From: the human T2T-CHM13v2.0 reference genome, Homo sapiens
Reading direction: 5' to 3' (one strand)
Length of the DNA stretch: 64,000 nt
NCBI RefSeq assembly: GCF_009914755.1
Contig: NC_060939.1
Below, in pieces: positions 1 to 24,123 of the stretch. How positions within the stretch are numbered: the stretch's first letter is position 1; the number at the start of each line of letters is the position of its first letter. Made by a program: the position numbers and the translations under genes. The notes below the pieces were generated by a model. It was not told the origin of the DNA and did no database searches. It worked only from the letters and a program-made list of their open reading frames with translations.

Positions 1-74
1 CTCCTGACCTCGTGATTCGCCCACCTCGGCCTCCCAAAGTGCTGGGATTACAGGCGTGAGCCACCGCGCCTGGC
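1..74 (-). mobile_element. Alu, partial (5' end at window edge)
   Basis: ctcccaaagtgctgggattacaggcgtgagccacc. Confidence 0.9.
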
Positions 75-144
75 CCTTTTTAAAAATTTCATGTTGTTAC
101 TGGTATGTAGAAATCCAGTTGATTTTTTAAAATATTGACCTTGA

Positions 145-480
<336 letters not shown>

Positions 481-1132
481 TTAATCCCAGTTTTATGTAG
501 ATTCTCCCGCATTTTCTACTTACACAGTTATGTTGTCCCACACAGTGTTGGCCTCACCACATTTCAGATGAGTCCTAGCTGCCTCCCTTTAGGTGGTTGA
601 TTGGTTGATTTTCCAGACCTAAGTGATGGCCTCTGGTTTCTAAAGCTCTACTCCCTAGCCCCCAAAGCCTGAGCTCAGCTGATTGCTTCTGCCAACTCCC
701 ACCCTCACCATCACCACTCCTGGCCCTGGGACACCCTCTGGGCTGTCCTTCTTTCTTCTCCAGCCTCCCTGCTGCCTCTGGGAAGAACTTGTTCCGGAAT
801 GGCTCACTATTAGAATGGACTCAAGAGAGGCTCCCAGAGTCAGAGACCATTTGCTAAAGATGCTCTCCCTGTGCATCCCCACAGCAAAAGCTGAGCGCTT
901 GGGTGGGGCAGGGGAGTTGGGGAGAGGGCTGTTCTGGGGTGGGTGGTGGGGGGCGGATTCACCAGCTCTTCTTCAGCTGCAGTCTGTGTCCCTGCACCTC
1001 CAGAAGATTTCACAGAGCTAGGGAGGAGGGCGAAACAGGCAGCTCAACTAATCCAGGGATAGCAGGTCTATCCAAGGGACTGGGGGAATAGACCTGCTGA
1101 ATAAAGACTCTTCTGTAGCAAAAGGCAAAGGC

Positions 1133-1564
<432 letters not shown>

Positions 1565-2488
1565 TTACTCCCAGACTTGTATCTGCCCAAGTGCCAGTGT
1601 CTGGAGGGCCTGAGCTTCAAGACAGGGATTCAAAGAGAGGTGACATCACAAGAGAAACAACCGTCATGTATGGGGACTCTGCTTACTTCACACACCCTAA
1701 ACCCTATGAGCTGTCTTTCATTAACCCCCCTGGCTCAGATCATTTCAGTTATTTGTTCAAAATCTCTCCAAATTATTAGTGGGAGACTCCCTACAACTCA
1801 TCTGCAACTCACACAGGTTGTTTTATTCCAAAGGGCTTGGTCTGTAAGGGTCCTGTACATGTGGCTCTACCTCTAGGGGGTGTTCGGTGGATCCCGAACC
1901 TCAAGACCCAGAAGCATGGCTGACATTGAGATGTGACGTGGGCTCTGATTGAGTCACGCATGGTGAATTCCTAGTGGGGAACCACTGGCTGTCCAGGGTC
2001 CCTGCCTTTCTGCCAGCTGCCTCCCAGATCTGCGACCTCCTTCAGAACCTGCCAAAATGACTAGGAAAATGCTGTTTCCATAGCAAGAGCCAAAAGAGAA
2101 CATGACGGCCCTGCACTCCAGATCTTCGGGCGGATGAGTAATCCAAGCTTTCAGTTCAAGAATCATGTTTCAGTTTCTTGAAGCCTGGAAGTGACCTTTT
2201 CAGATACATAAGAACCCAGTGAGCTGTTCTGAGCCTCTTCAGATCCAAAAGCATTCAAGAGGCAGCCCTGGCCCTGTCTGCCATCAACATGTGATCCCAG
2301 GTCCGGGATCCCCTGAAGGCGAAACTAGAGCAACCCTTTGGAAGTGTCCCTCCCCTTCCCAGGCCCCCAGTTCCCCACTCTCAGATCTACCCATGCTATC
2401 CATTGCAAGCCTGTGTCACTTCTGTGTATGCAGCTCAGCACGACCTTAGGCAAAGCCAGAATCAGCAAGGCACGGGACACAGGCTTGA

Positions 2489-2805
<317 letters not shown>

Positions 2806-3144
2806 AGGTGATGTTTTACATAGAGCTCCAATACCAGAGAGAAGAGTGTCAAGGGGAGGTGGTGCTCTCTGCCTTCTCTGGAGAGCTTTACCCCTAAGTT
2901 AGCTGCCCCTCACCCACCCCAGGCTATCCTCTTGGCTCAGGGCCTTTCTGGAATTGAGGTAAAGCACATGGTAACCATGAAGGCCCTTTGGGGGCTCCCT
3001 GATACATAATAGTCCCACACCGGGCAGCATGTCTGTGATCAGCTGGTTGGCTTTTTATTAACGTATCATATTAACAGGTTCAACCATCCTGGGACAAAGC
3101 TGAGTTGTAATAAAAAAAAAAAGCCAACAAAAAAATAACTTTAA

Positions 3145-3350
3145 TATACTGTTGGATTCAATTCGATAGTTTTAAGATTTTCATAGTTACGTTCCTAAAT
3201 GATATTGAGTCAAATTTTCCTTTTCTTGCACTCTCCTTATCTGGTTTTAAGAATCAAGGTCATACTCGTTTCATAAAACAAGCTTGCTAACTTTCCTCCC
3301 TCTTTCCCCATTTTTAAAATTCGTTGACAGACAGTGGAATGATACTTGTA
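3145..3350 (-). mobile_element. Old L1 fragment
   Basis: AT-rich, resembles antisense L1 ORF2 (ttatctggttttaagaatcaaggt...). Confidence 0.45.
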
Positions 3351-3673
3351 ATGGGCTTTGGATTTTATAAAGACACACCCCCAGAGTCTGCCTGCTCCAC
3401 AGGGGACTTGGCACAGGCAAGAAGACACCTCTTTTCCTTGTTTATAGTCTGCACTGGCTTATTTATGGCACGTTTGTTGTTTCTGGGACTGTTCTGCTGG
3501 GAGCCAGCCATTTCCCTGAGGAAGCAGAGATGGAGGTGGAGGGAAGCCCTAGGCTTCTAGGGGAGCTGTGCTGGGGGAGGGGAGGGAGCCCTGAACCTGG
3601 TGCCCCAGGCCCTGCTGCAGCCACCCCTCTTTCCCGGGAGGGAGCTCAACCTTACTCTGCACTTACAGGCACC

Positions 3674-14999
<11,326 letters not shown>

Positions 15000-15652
15000 G
15001 CCCACCCCAAGTATGCCTGCCACCTACGCCCACAGGCAGGGCACACTGGGCAGCCAGCCTGCCGGCAGGACTTGCCTGCCTCCTCCTCTCAGTATTCTCT
15101 CCAAAGATTGAAATGTGAAGCCCCAGCCCCACCCTCTGCCCTTCAGCCTACTGGGCCAGGCCGGACCTGCCCCCTCAGTGTCTCTCCCTCCCGAGTCCCC
15201 AGATGGAGACCCCTTTCTACAGGATGACCCCTTGATATTTGCACAGGGATATTTCTAAGAAACGCAGAGGCCAGCGTTCCTGGCCTCTGCAGCCAACACA
15301 GTAGAAAAGGCTGCTGTGGTTTTTTAAAGGCAGTTGTCCACTAGTGTCCTAGGCCACTGCAGAGGGCAGACTGCTGGTCTCCACAGATACCTGCTGTTCT
15401 CAGCTCCAGCTTCAAACCTCGAGTCTCGAGAGGGCCACGGGGTGGTTTTTATGACCGGAATCCCGCTTCCTCCCTCACGTCTGATGTCCTGAAGGTGCAG
15501 TCCCACCTGTACAGCCCCTCCCCGCCCAGAACTGTGAATGGCCTGCTCCAGGCCATGGCTGGGGGCAGGGAGTGAGGGGACAATTTCTGAGTGAAAGAGA
15601 AAGAATGGGGTCGGTGGTGAAGGTGCTCTCACTTTACAGAATGGAGAGAACA

Positions 15653-15654
<2 letters not shown>

Positions 15655-15706
<52 letters not shown>
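15655..15706 (+). repeat. (GT)26 microsatellite in the PAK6 3'UTR
   Basis: Direct reading. Confidence 0.97.
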
Positions 15707-15708
<2 letters not shown>

Positions 15709-16381
15709 GGGGAGGAAAGCCACCTTGACAGCCCAGGTCCCTCCAGGTCACCCACAGCCAGTTTCAGGAAGGCTGCCCCTCTCTCCCACTAAGTTCTGGC
15801 CTGAAGGGACCTGCTTTCTTGGCCTGGCTTCCACCTCTCCACTCCTGTGTCTACCTGGCCAGTGGAGTGGTCCATGCTAAGTCTAACACTCCTGGGAGCT
15901 CAGGAGGCTTCTGAGCTTCTCCTGTACTGTGCATCGTGAGGGCCAGAGACAGGAATGTAAGGATTGGCAACTGTGTTACCTTTCAAGTTTATCTCAATAA
16001 CCAGGTCATCAGGGACCCATTGTTCTCTTCAGAACCCTATCTGGGAGAGAAGGCGAACCACCTCCGGGTTTCCATCATGTCAAGGTCACAGGCATCCATG
16101 TGTGCAAACCATCTGCCCCAGCTGCCTCCACAGACTGCTGTCTCCTTGTCCTCCTCGGCCCTGCCCCACTTCAGGGCTGCTGTGAGATGGAATTCCAGGA
16201 AAGAACTTCAGGTGTCTGGACCCTTTCTATCTAGATAATATTTTTAGATTCTTCTGCTCCCTAGTGACCTACCTGGGGGCAAAGAAATTGCAAGGACTTT
16301 TTTTTAAGGGTCAGAGTTTTCAAAACAAAAGCATCTTCCCTAGAAATTTTTGTGAATTGTTTGCACTTGTGCCTGTTTTAA

Positions 16382-16387
16382 ATTAAA
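16382..16387 (+). terminator. Probable PAK6 poly(A) signal ATTAAA
   Basis: ATTAAA after a U-rich stretch, GU-rich element downstream; ~1.4 kb after the stop. Confidence 0.65.
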
Positions 16388-17311
16388 TTGAGTGTTCAAA
16401 GCCATTGGGCTTCCTGTGTCTCTGGGAGCGGAGACCGGCCGTCTTGGAGGGGGGTCTCCTGTGGCGGGTGAATCTCGTGTAGCCTCCCCTCCTCCCCACG
16501 TGAGCTCTCCAGCAGCCACACCACAGAACACCCAACTTCCCTGGTGGCCTGTGGACCCGAAAGGAGGGCAGAGAGGAAGGGAAACAGGAAGTGAAAGGCT
16601 CTTGGGAATGAAGGCGATGAAAAATAGACGGGGCTACTTCCCCAGGGGAGAAGAGCCCACAAGGAAAGCCAGGGCCCTGCGCTGCGTTTGCGGGGGGTGG
16701 CCGAAGTGGCTGACGACCACCCTGTGTGTCAGCTTCTCCCATCCTCTGCGCGCTCCTCACCCCCACCCCAGACCTCCAGCTGTCCATAGGAAGTGGTCTG
16801 AAACCGCTTCCAGTGGGAGAGCAGTCCCTGCCTCACTCCTCAGGACTGAGGGAGATGGTGTGGGGTTCAAAAAGAACGGAGCAGAGCCTGGAAACCAGGG
16901 AGCCTGGGCTTTCGTTCTGGGGGTGGGGAGGTGGATGAAATTATCTTGCAACTTCCAGCTCCCACACGGATTCCCGCACTTCCTTCCTGAGATCTCCCAC
17001 TGCCCAGGATTCAGGAGCAAGCCAGGAGCAAGGAACCATGCAGCCTTTCTTTCACTCCCCAGTGCATTCACACCCTGACAGGTGCCCTGGTGCTGCGGCT
17101 GGCCCCGCCTGTCCCCCCAGCTCAGCAGAAGCAGCACCTGTGACTTACCTTCAGGAGCCAGCACAGTGGGACGGGCAGGGCGGAGGCTCACTAAGGCAGG
17201 GGCCTCCACAGGAGGCAAAGGCTCGGTCCATCTCTCCAAAGGGAGCCGAGGGTCAGGAGTGCTTGATAAGGCAAAGAGAGGCCAGTTCTCGCAACGGAAT
17301 AATACACTGGA

Positions 17312-17317
17312 TTTATT
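17312..17317 (-). terminator. Probable ANKRD63 poly(A) signal AATAAA (~3 kb 3'UTR)
   Basis: tttatt on the + strand downstream of the ANKRD63 stop. Confidence 0.55.
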
Positions 17318-18475
17318 AACTATTCTTTGAGTTCTAACAGTCCTTCCACCACACAGTATCACTCTGAAAGGGTGTGCATGTCTCACAGCTCACACACACA
17401 CCACTTCTGATCTTAGGGTACCAAGCGCCAGCATCCTGGGTGACTCTTCACAATGACAAAAGCAACAAGAACTGGAAAAGCAATTTAGAAAAGTCTCTTC
17501 TGAAGGTAGAGATTGCTAGAGAGGACCCAGCCTCAACACCCTGGGGCTGACAAAGGGAGTTCAGGAGAGAAAAATGTGGTAAAACATGGAAGTTCTGCAC
17601 AGAGCCGGGCCTGGGAAGGAGTCTGTATGTATGGACAGCAAGGCAGTCAGACACACGATGCAGTTCAGACAGGAAAGAGCCGCTGCAGTTGTTTAGAAAC
17701 ATCGCTTTCTACCACCAAGCTCTCGGCAGCTCCACAGAGAAGAGCCCTCATGGTTGTTTATCCAGTCAAGAGGGCCCAGGGTGACATTCAACCAGAAAGC
17801 CGTATATCAGAGATACTGGAAAGATTACAGCACCTCTGATACAATGTGCAACCCAGACTTCATGCTGTTAAGCCAAAATACTTGCATTTCTACACCACTA
17901 AAAACGTCATTAAAATTCAACACAGTTGAAAAGGGAGTACATAAGCAAGCAAGGGTCAGAAAGCAGCAGTTTGCACTTGGGGTGTCCAGTGGTCCCCACC
18001 CTACCCCAGACCCTCTCTCTCAGGCTTTTCAGGCACTTGGTATTGTGCACCCACCACCCAGACGGGGACTGAGGAGAGGCAGATGTTTTGGGAGAAGAGG
18101 GGAGGGAGAGGGCAGAATACCTCAGAAACCAAAGCTAGTATCAGAAGAAAACTGCATAATCGGCAGGTCCCAAGGGAAGGGTTGGCAGCTCCAGCTTTTC
18201 GGAAGAGAGCTGTAGCTCTCAGCCTTAACTTGGAAGATTTAACTTGGGGTCCTTATTGAAGGGTCTGGGCTCCTGCTACTCTCAATGCGAGTTTTTTGTT
18301 CATTGTCCCTCACTTCACTGCTGTAAAGTGACTTCAAGTATCCGGATTTAATATTCTACAAGAGGAAGAGGATTCCACGATAAATGCACATGGATGAAGA
18401 AGTACACAGGGGTGATCCCAAAGAAAACCAGGATGTCTGAGCTCCGAGCCGGGGCGCAGCGGGGAGGGCCCAGCG

Positions 18476-18494
18476 CTGCCACCAGGGGGCACCA
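18476..18494 (+). promoter_or_regulatory. CTCF motif
   Basis: CTGCCACCAGGGGGCACCA. Confidence 0.7.
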
Positions 18495-20356
18495 GAGATC
18501 ACGTCCAGTGCGCCGGCCTGCTTGGCCTAGCGGATGGGGGCAAGCGGAGGGCAAGGACTGGATAGGTGTCCTGACACCTGCACGAGGCCCACTCCTGGCC
18601 GCCCACCCCTCACCGCCAGGCCCAGCAGTATCTCGGCACATTCTCGCTCTGGGCAGTTCCCTGGGAGTTGCTGGCGAGAAACCTTCCGTACTGCAAAGGC
18701 AAACAGATCGAAGTCTTGCAAAGACCTTACTGCAGGCAGGTGAAAGGCTTCAAGTTCCACCCTCAGGGTTCACAAAAGAGCCCCACCTGCCGCCTCCCCG
18801 CGGGCCAGGCGCACTGACACACGTGCTAGCGCTTCCGCAAGGTCCTAGCGCACCCGTCCCGCCGGACCCCCGCCCCCAACCCCGCCGCCTCGCTAGGCCA
18901 GTACAGGGCAGGAGGGTGGGGGCGAGCAGGCAGGGGACAAAGGACAGTGTCAGGAAAGGGCCTCTGACCACCTCTCTGCGGTTGCCTCTGACTTACTCAT
19001 CTACCCAGTAATAAAACTGGGCCGGGCCTGCGTCCCACGCGGTAGGACCAAGGCAGGAGTCCCGGGTCTCGAACTCTAGCATCCATCATCCGCCCTGCCC
19101 TCCATTAACGGCCCAGCGAGAAGCAGGAGCCGTTTAACAGGCTCCTTCCAGCTCTCGCCAGAGTTTGATATAATTTAAACCTGGACCCGCAGCTCGTGTG
19201 GGCTCCCGACTCCCGCGCGCCGCCGTTTCACGTCGCAAACACTTTAGTCAATTATCCCCCTCGCGGAGCTTCTATTTAAAGAGATATTGTCAGGCTCTTA
19301 AGCCTCGGAATCAGACCCGCTGCTTTCTGCTTCATATACAAAGGCTTAAAACACGAGTTCTTTGAGGATTGGAAGAAATACAATTAAGCACAGCCTTCGC
19401 AACCGTTCCACCCCGCGGGAGCACCCACGTGCGGGACGGGGGAGCTGGGAGGCGTGGAGGCGGGGAAGCGCTCAGTCCTTTCCATTTCAGGCCTCTGTGA
19501 CCCAGCGGAAATAGGGCTTGGGCCTCCAGGGGTGAGGTGTTGAACCTCGATGATGGAATTCAAATGCATCTGAGCTGAAGAGCGGGCTGGCTCCGGAGCC
19601 CGGAGTTGGCCTGGGTAGGGGTTGTGTGGAGCAGTGACTCCACATTATCAATGAAGCTGAATCCTGGGGCAGAGAGAGAGGGAGCTGGAGTTACCCAGGA
19701 GCTGATTCAAGGGACAACTGGTGTTCAACACTAGGGACTCTCCCACTCCCAAAATATGCTTTCATTGTCTTGAGACAGGAGTTTCTACCCTGGAAAAACA
19801 TAACAGCCAGACCCCTTCCTCCTCAGCCCTCCAGTCCTGAAAGGCTCTAGGGCCCCCTCCGTCCTTTCCTTCTCCCACACTTGGAGGGAAAGGAGACTTT
19901 GGTAGTTTGTGGAATTATTGTCAGCATCAGTAGGCAGAAAGTGGGGAGGCTGGGTCCTTATTCTCCAAGGTGGACCCTTCTATTTACCTGGCTGCCCAGT
20001 TGTTGGGAAACCCAGCGAGGGGAGGGGGGCCGGACAGGAGCGACAGATGGCTAGGCCGACCCAGGATTGAGCCTGAGGGCTGGGGAGGGGGAATCCACCT
20101 TCCTGGCTGTAGCCTACGGAACCAGTCAATCGACACCTCTAGACCTAGGCAGGGAATACCGAGGAGCACAAAAAAGAAGATGGAGGTCCCTTATTTCTGG
20201 TGGAGGGCTGGTGGAGGTCTCGCCTTGGCAGGGAGGCAGGTTCCAAAATGGACTGCGGGGGGCGGCTGCCGAAAAGGTGAGGGACCTAGAAGAGAGAAAT
20301 ACCAGTGGAGTAGAAACGGGAGGGTAGGGGAAGCAGGCCTCGGGCCTTGGCGCCGT

Positions 20357-21499
20357 TTACCGCTGAGCACGCAGCACCACAGCCTCGGTGCCCGCCTGCC
20401 AAGGGTTCGGCCCAGGCACCGAGACAGGCAGAGCGTTGGCCTCTAACTCCGGGCCACTCTCGGGCCCTGGCGCCTCCCCGACCAGGCTGGGGATATCTGG
20501 GGCTGTGGAGCGTCGGCGCAAACCCAGGCGGCCAGAGCCGGGGCCGCCCTCCGGGTGGGGACTGAGGCCAATGGGGGCTTGCGCTAAGGTTGGGGGCGCT
20601 CCCTCCAGCACCTCCTGTGAGCGCCACCGCCCAGTCCCCGAAGACTGGGGCGAGTTTGGTAGGGCCATCAGGGCCCCAGCCCGCAGGCGGGCAGCCTCCT
20701 CCTCGGTTACCGCACCTAGAGCCAGGCTCATGCTCCGACCCAGCTCGGGCCGTTCGCTGCCCTGCGCCCGGTGCCGGCCCGAATTCTTGCCCGCTGAGCC
20801 AGCCTCGCCGCCGTGGCCGCCCGCCGCTCGCGCAAAGCGCGCCAGGAGAGGCCGCGGGAGGCGGCGGGGGCTGGGTCGTCGATGCTCGGGGCTGGCCGCG
20901 GGGGCCGGGCGGCCAGGGGGACTATCGGAGTTGGAGCCCCGGGCCGCAGCGGCGGCGGCGGCGCGGCCCCAGGGCCCGGTGAGGGCCTGCACACAGGTCC
21001 CGTGGCCGCGGGCGGCGGCCAGTTGCAGCGCGGTGAGCCCCGCACGGTTGGTGCGGTCGAGGCGCAGGCCTAGGCGGCGGAAGGACCGCACCAGGAACTC
21101 GAGCACCGCCCCGTGGCCGCAGGCCGCCGCCCACATCACCGGGCTGTTGCCCGCAGAGTCGGCCGCCTCGGGGTCACCGCTGAACTGCACCAGCAGCTGC
21201 ACGGCGTCCAGGTGGCCTCGCTCGCACGCCAGGCTGAGTGCGGTGCGGCCGCGCTCGTCTCGCAGGTTCACTGCAGCACCCTGCTCGAGCAGCAGCCGCA
21301 CGAAGCGCGCGCGCAGCGCGGGGTCCGGCAGCCCCACGGCCACCATGAGCGGCGTACGGCCCTGCTCCGCGCGGCAGTCGATGATGCTGCGGTCCAGCGC
21401 ATCCAACACGAAGCGGGCCAAGTGCACTTTGCCCGCCTGCATGGCCTCCAGGAAGGTGCGCGTCCCCGCTCGGGGGCACAGGTCCTTGGGTTTGAGCAT
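20357..21499 (-). CDS. ANKRD63: Ankyrin repeat domain-containing protein 63, single exon, 380 aa
   Basis: ORF MLKPKDLCPRAG... with ankyrin motifs GRTPLMVAV, GRTALSLAC, GNSPVMWAA, GLTALQLAA; low-complexity C-terminus; strong Kozak gccATG. Confidence 0.95.
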   Translation of the reverse strand: MLKPKDLCPRAGTRTFLEAMQAGKVHLARFVLDALDRSIIDCRAEQGRTPLMVAVGLPDPALRARFVRLLLEQGAAVNLRDERGRTALSLACERGHLDAVQLLVQFSGDPEAADSAGNSPVMWAAACGHGAVLEFLVRSFRRLGLRLDRTNRAGLTALQLAAARGHGTCVQALTGPWGRAAAAAAARGSNSDSPPGRPAPAASPEHRRPSPRRLPRPLLARFARAAGGHGGEAGSAGKNSGRHRAQGSERPELGRSMSLALGAVTEEEAARLRAGALMALPNSPQSSGTGRWRSQEVLEGAPPTLAQAPIGLSPHPEGGPGSGRLGLRRRSTAPDIPSLVGEAPGPESGPELEANALPVSVPGPNPWQAGTEAVVLRAQR

Positions 21500-22094
21500 G
21501 GCCCCGGCCGCCGCGCCCGGGCAGCCTGGCAGTTCCGCACGGGGGCGCCCCTGTTCTCGCGCCCCGCGGGGCTCCGGCCTCCGCCCGCGCTCTGATACCT
21601 CTCCCTCCGCGCGTGGGCGGCTGCAGCCGAGGGTCCCGAGGTTCCTACTCCGCTGTCCCGGAGGCTCCGACTGCCCCGCCGCTCCTGGGCCGCACGCCTG
21701 GCGTGTCGCCGCTCCTTCCCCGGGCCTCCCGCCTGGAGGTGTTGATTGCTCGCTACTCCGGGCTCCGCTCCTGGCCCGCCACCAGACGTCGGGAGCAGAG
21801 ACTCGACCCTCTCCCGAGTCTCTCGCCGCTTTCCCGGTGTCCGGCGCCCCTCAGTCCTCGTGGTTTGGAGCCGCCGTGCCACTCACCCGCACCCAGGGCA
21901 GCCCCCGCTCCCCCGCAGCGACGGTGGCGCCCGCCGTGCACGCCTGCCTCCAGCCCTGGCGGGGCGCGCCGCTCCTCAAGCTGCTGGCGCCGTTCCTCCG
22001 CCTCCTCCCCTCTCGCGGGGGCCGGGCCACGCCAGGGCGCTTGCTCCTTACTTGGGGGGCTCAGCGGCGCGGGAGCTGCCGCCCGCCTAGATAC

Positions 22095-22330
22095 CTGACT
22101 TTATAGCCTTGGGGGTCTCCATGGCAATGGCTGTCCTGGGAGCGGACTGCGCCGTCAGGGCAGAGACGGACGGGGCGGGGGAGACCGCTCCTGACCCCCA
22201 CCCCTTCGTGGGCCACGAAGTAGGGGAGCGGTTCCTCCTCCGCGCTCCCCTGGGAATGCGGCGGCGGTTGCGGGGCGGGGGCGGGGGCTGCTCGCCGGGG
22301 GCCACATGCACCCAACCGGGCCAATCCCAA
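22095..22330 (-). promoter_or_regulatory. ANKRD63 proximal promoter (TATA, RFX X-box, GC boxes, CCAAT)
   Basis: TATAAA on - at 22100-22105; GTCTCCATGGCAAT 22115-22128; GGGGCGGGG at ~22172 and ~22272; CCAAT 22321-22325; inside a CpG island. Confidence 0.6.
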
Positions 22331-23472
22331 AGTCGCAGTCTTCTCTCCCCGCCCTCCGCCCCCAACCGAGTCGGTGCCCTCGGCTCCTTAGAAACTGGCG
22401 GGACCTCGGCCTCGTCGGGGAAGACTGAAAGCTGCCCCCATCGGTCCAGGGTGAAAGGAATTGGGACCCCATGAGCGCAGAACTGGACCACGCGCGAGCT
22501 AGGGGTGGCAGCGAAAGGCGGATGAGGAGTAATTTGGGGGAGGGGGTATACGTGCCGCGGATTGGGGGCGCTCAGCCTGGCTGGGAACTGCCACTCGAAG
22601 TGCAGAGAATCACGCACTCACACACAATTGTTCCACCCGCACACGCTCCCTGGGAACGAGGGGTGGGGTCCGAGTGCGCTCTCCAATTTCAGACGTCTCC
22701 AACCCCGACAACGCGCCCGCGTGCCAGCTCCCGGTGGCTGCCTAGCGGGCAGAGTGTAGACGCCCAGACCAGGGAGGGGCTCCTTAGGACCCGGGAGTGC
22801 CGCGGACATGTTAAAAGTTCCCTGGCGCCGCCACCCTGGAAAGAGCTAGGGACCCACTCGAGGTTCCCTGCCCCTCGCTTCTCCCTTGAGCACAAAACAA
22901 CCCCCAGGCCACAGGGCTCTGGCTCTGACCACTGGCTGACCCCTAAAGAGAGGAGGCGAGCACAAGTTCCATTTTCCGTAAGATGCTTGGAGAAACCACT
23001 GCATCTCCTCTCCCTCCGGCCAGCAGGTCCCCCTCGGTCCTGGAGGAGGGGGGATGATACACAGGCCTGGGCGGAGCAGAGTTAGGGCGCCTCAGAGCCT
23101 GGGTGTGGGTGGTGGGGAGGGTGTGAGTAGGGTTGGAATGGATATTTGTAAAGTAAGGAGTAAAGCAGTTATCAGCTGCAGAATTTACTGAGACTTTTCA
23201 TGAGCCGCACATTTTGTTGCCGGCAGCGGGTAAGAGAGAGACAGAATCTCGGTTCTGGGTGCGAGACGTTCCACCTCTTAAGAAGACAACACTGGGACTT
23301 AAAAAATGGACGTTGTCACCTGAGGGCTGAATTCTTCTGCTAAATACGTACCAACACAGTCCTTGGATGAAAAGATGGAGTTGTGGGCAGGAGAGGGCTC
23401 TCGGGCCTTTTAAAGATAGGCCTTCAAGGATGTGCGGGATCTGGCTGCAAAAGAAAGAAGGAAGGAATCCCA

Positions 23473-24123
<651 letters not shown>

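Larger units (their letters stand above)
20330..22810. other. CpG island over ANKRD63 and its promoter
   Basis: Very high GC and CpG density by eye. Confidence 0.85.

Noticed and set aside
2028-2137. Possible PAK6 5'UTR exon (cccag|ATCTG ... GA|gtaatc)
   Set aside because: Weak donor and no independent support from the sequence alone.
15650-15712. Similar flanks (tc-GTn-aagggg) around the two GT microsatellites at 15655 and 61102
   Set aside because: Only a few matching bases; no wider homology.
21500-21850. Open frame upstream of the ANKRD63 ATG
   Set aside because: Only a single CTG in mediocre context; openness is explained by GC content.
20388-22106. 572-aa + strand ORF antisense to ANKRD63
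   Set aside because: No ATG start, Arg/Pro/Ala/Ser low complexity, no domain; expected stop depletion in a CpG island opposite a real CDS.
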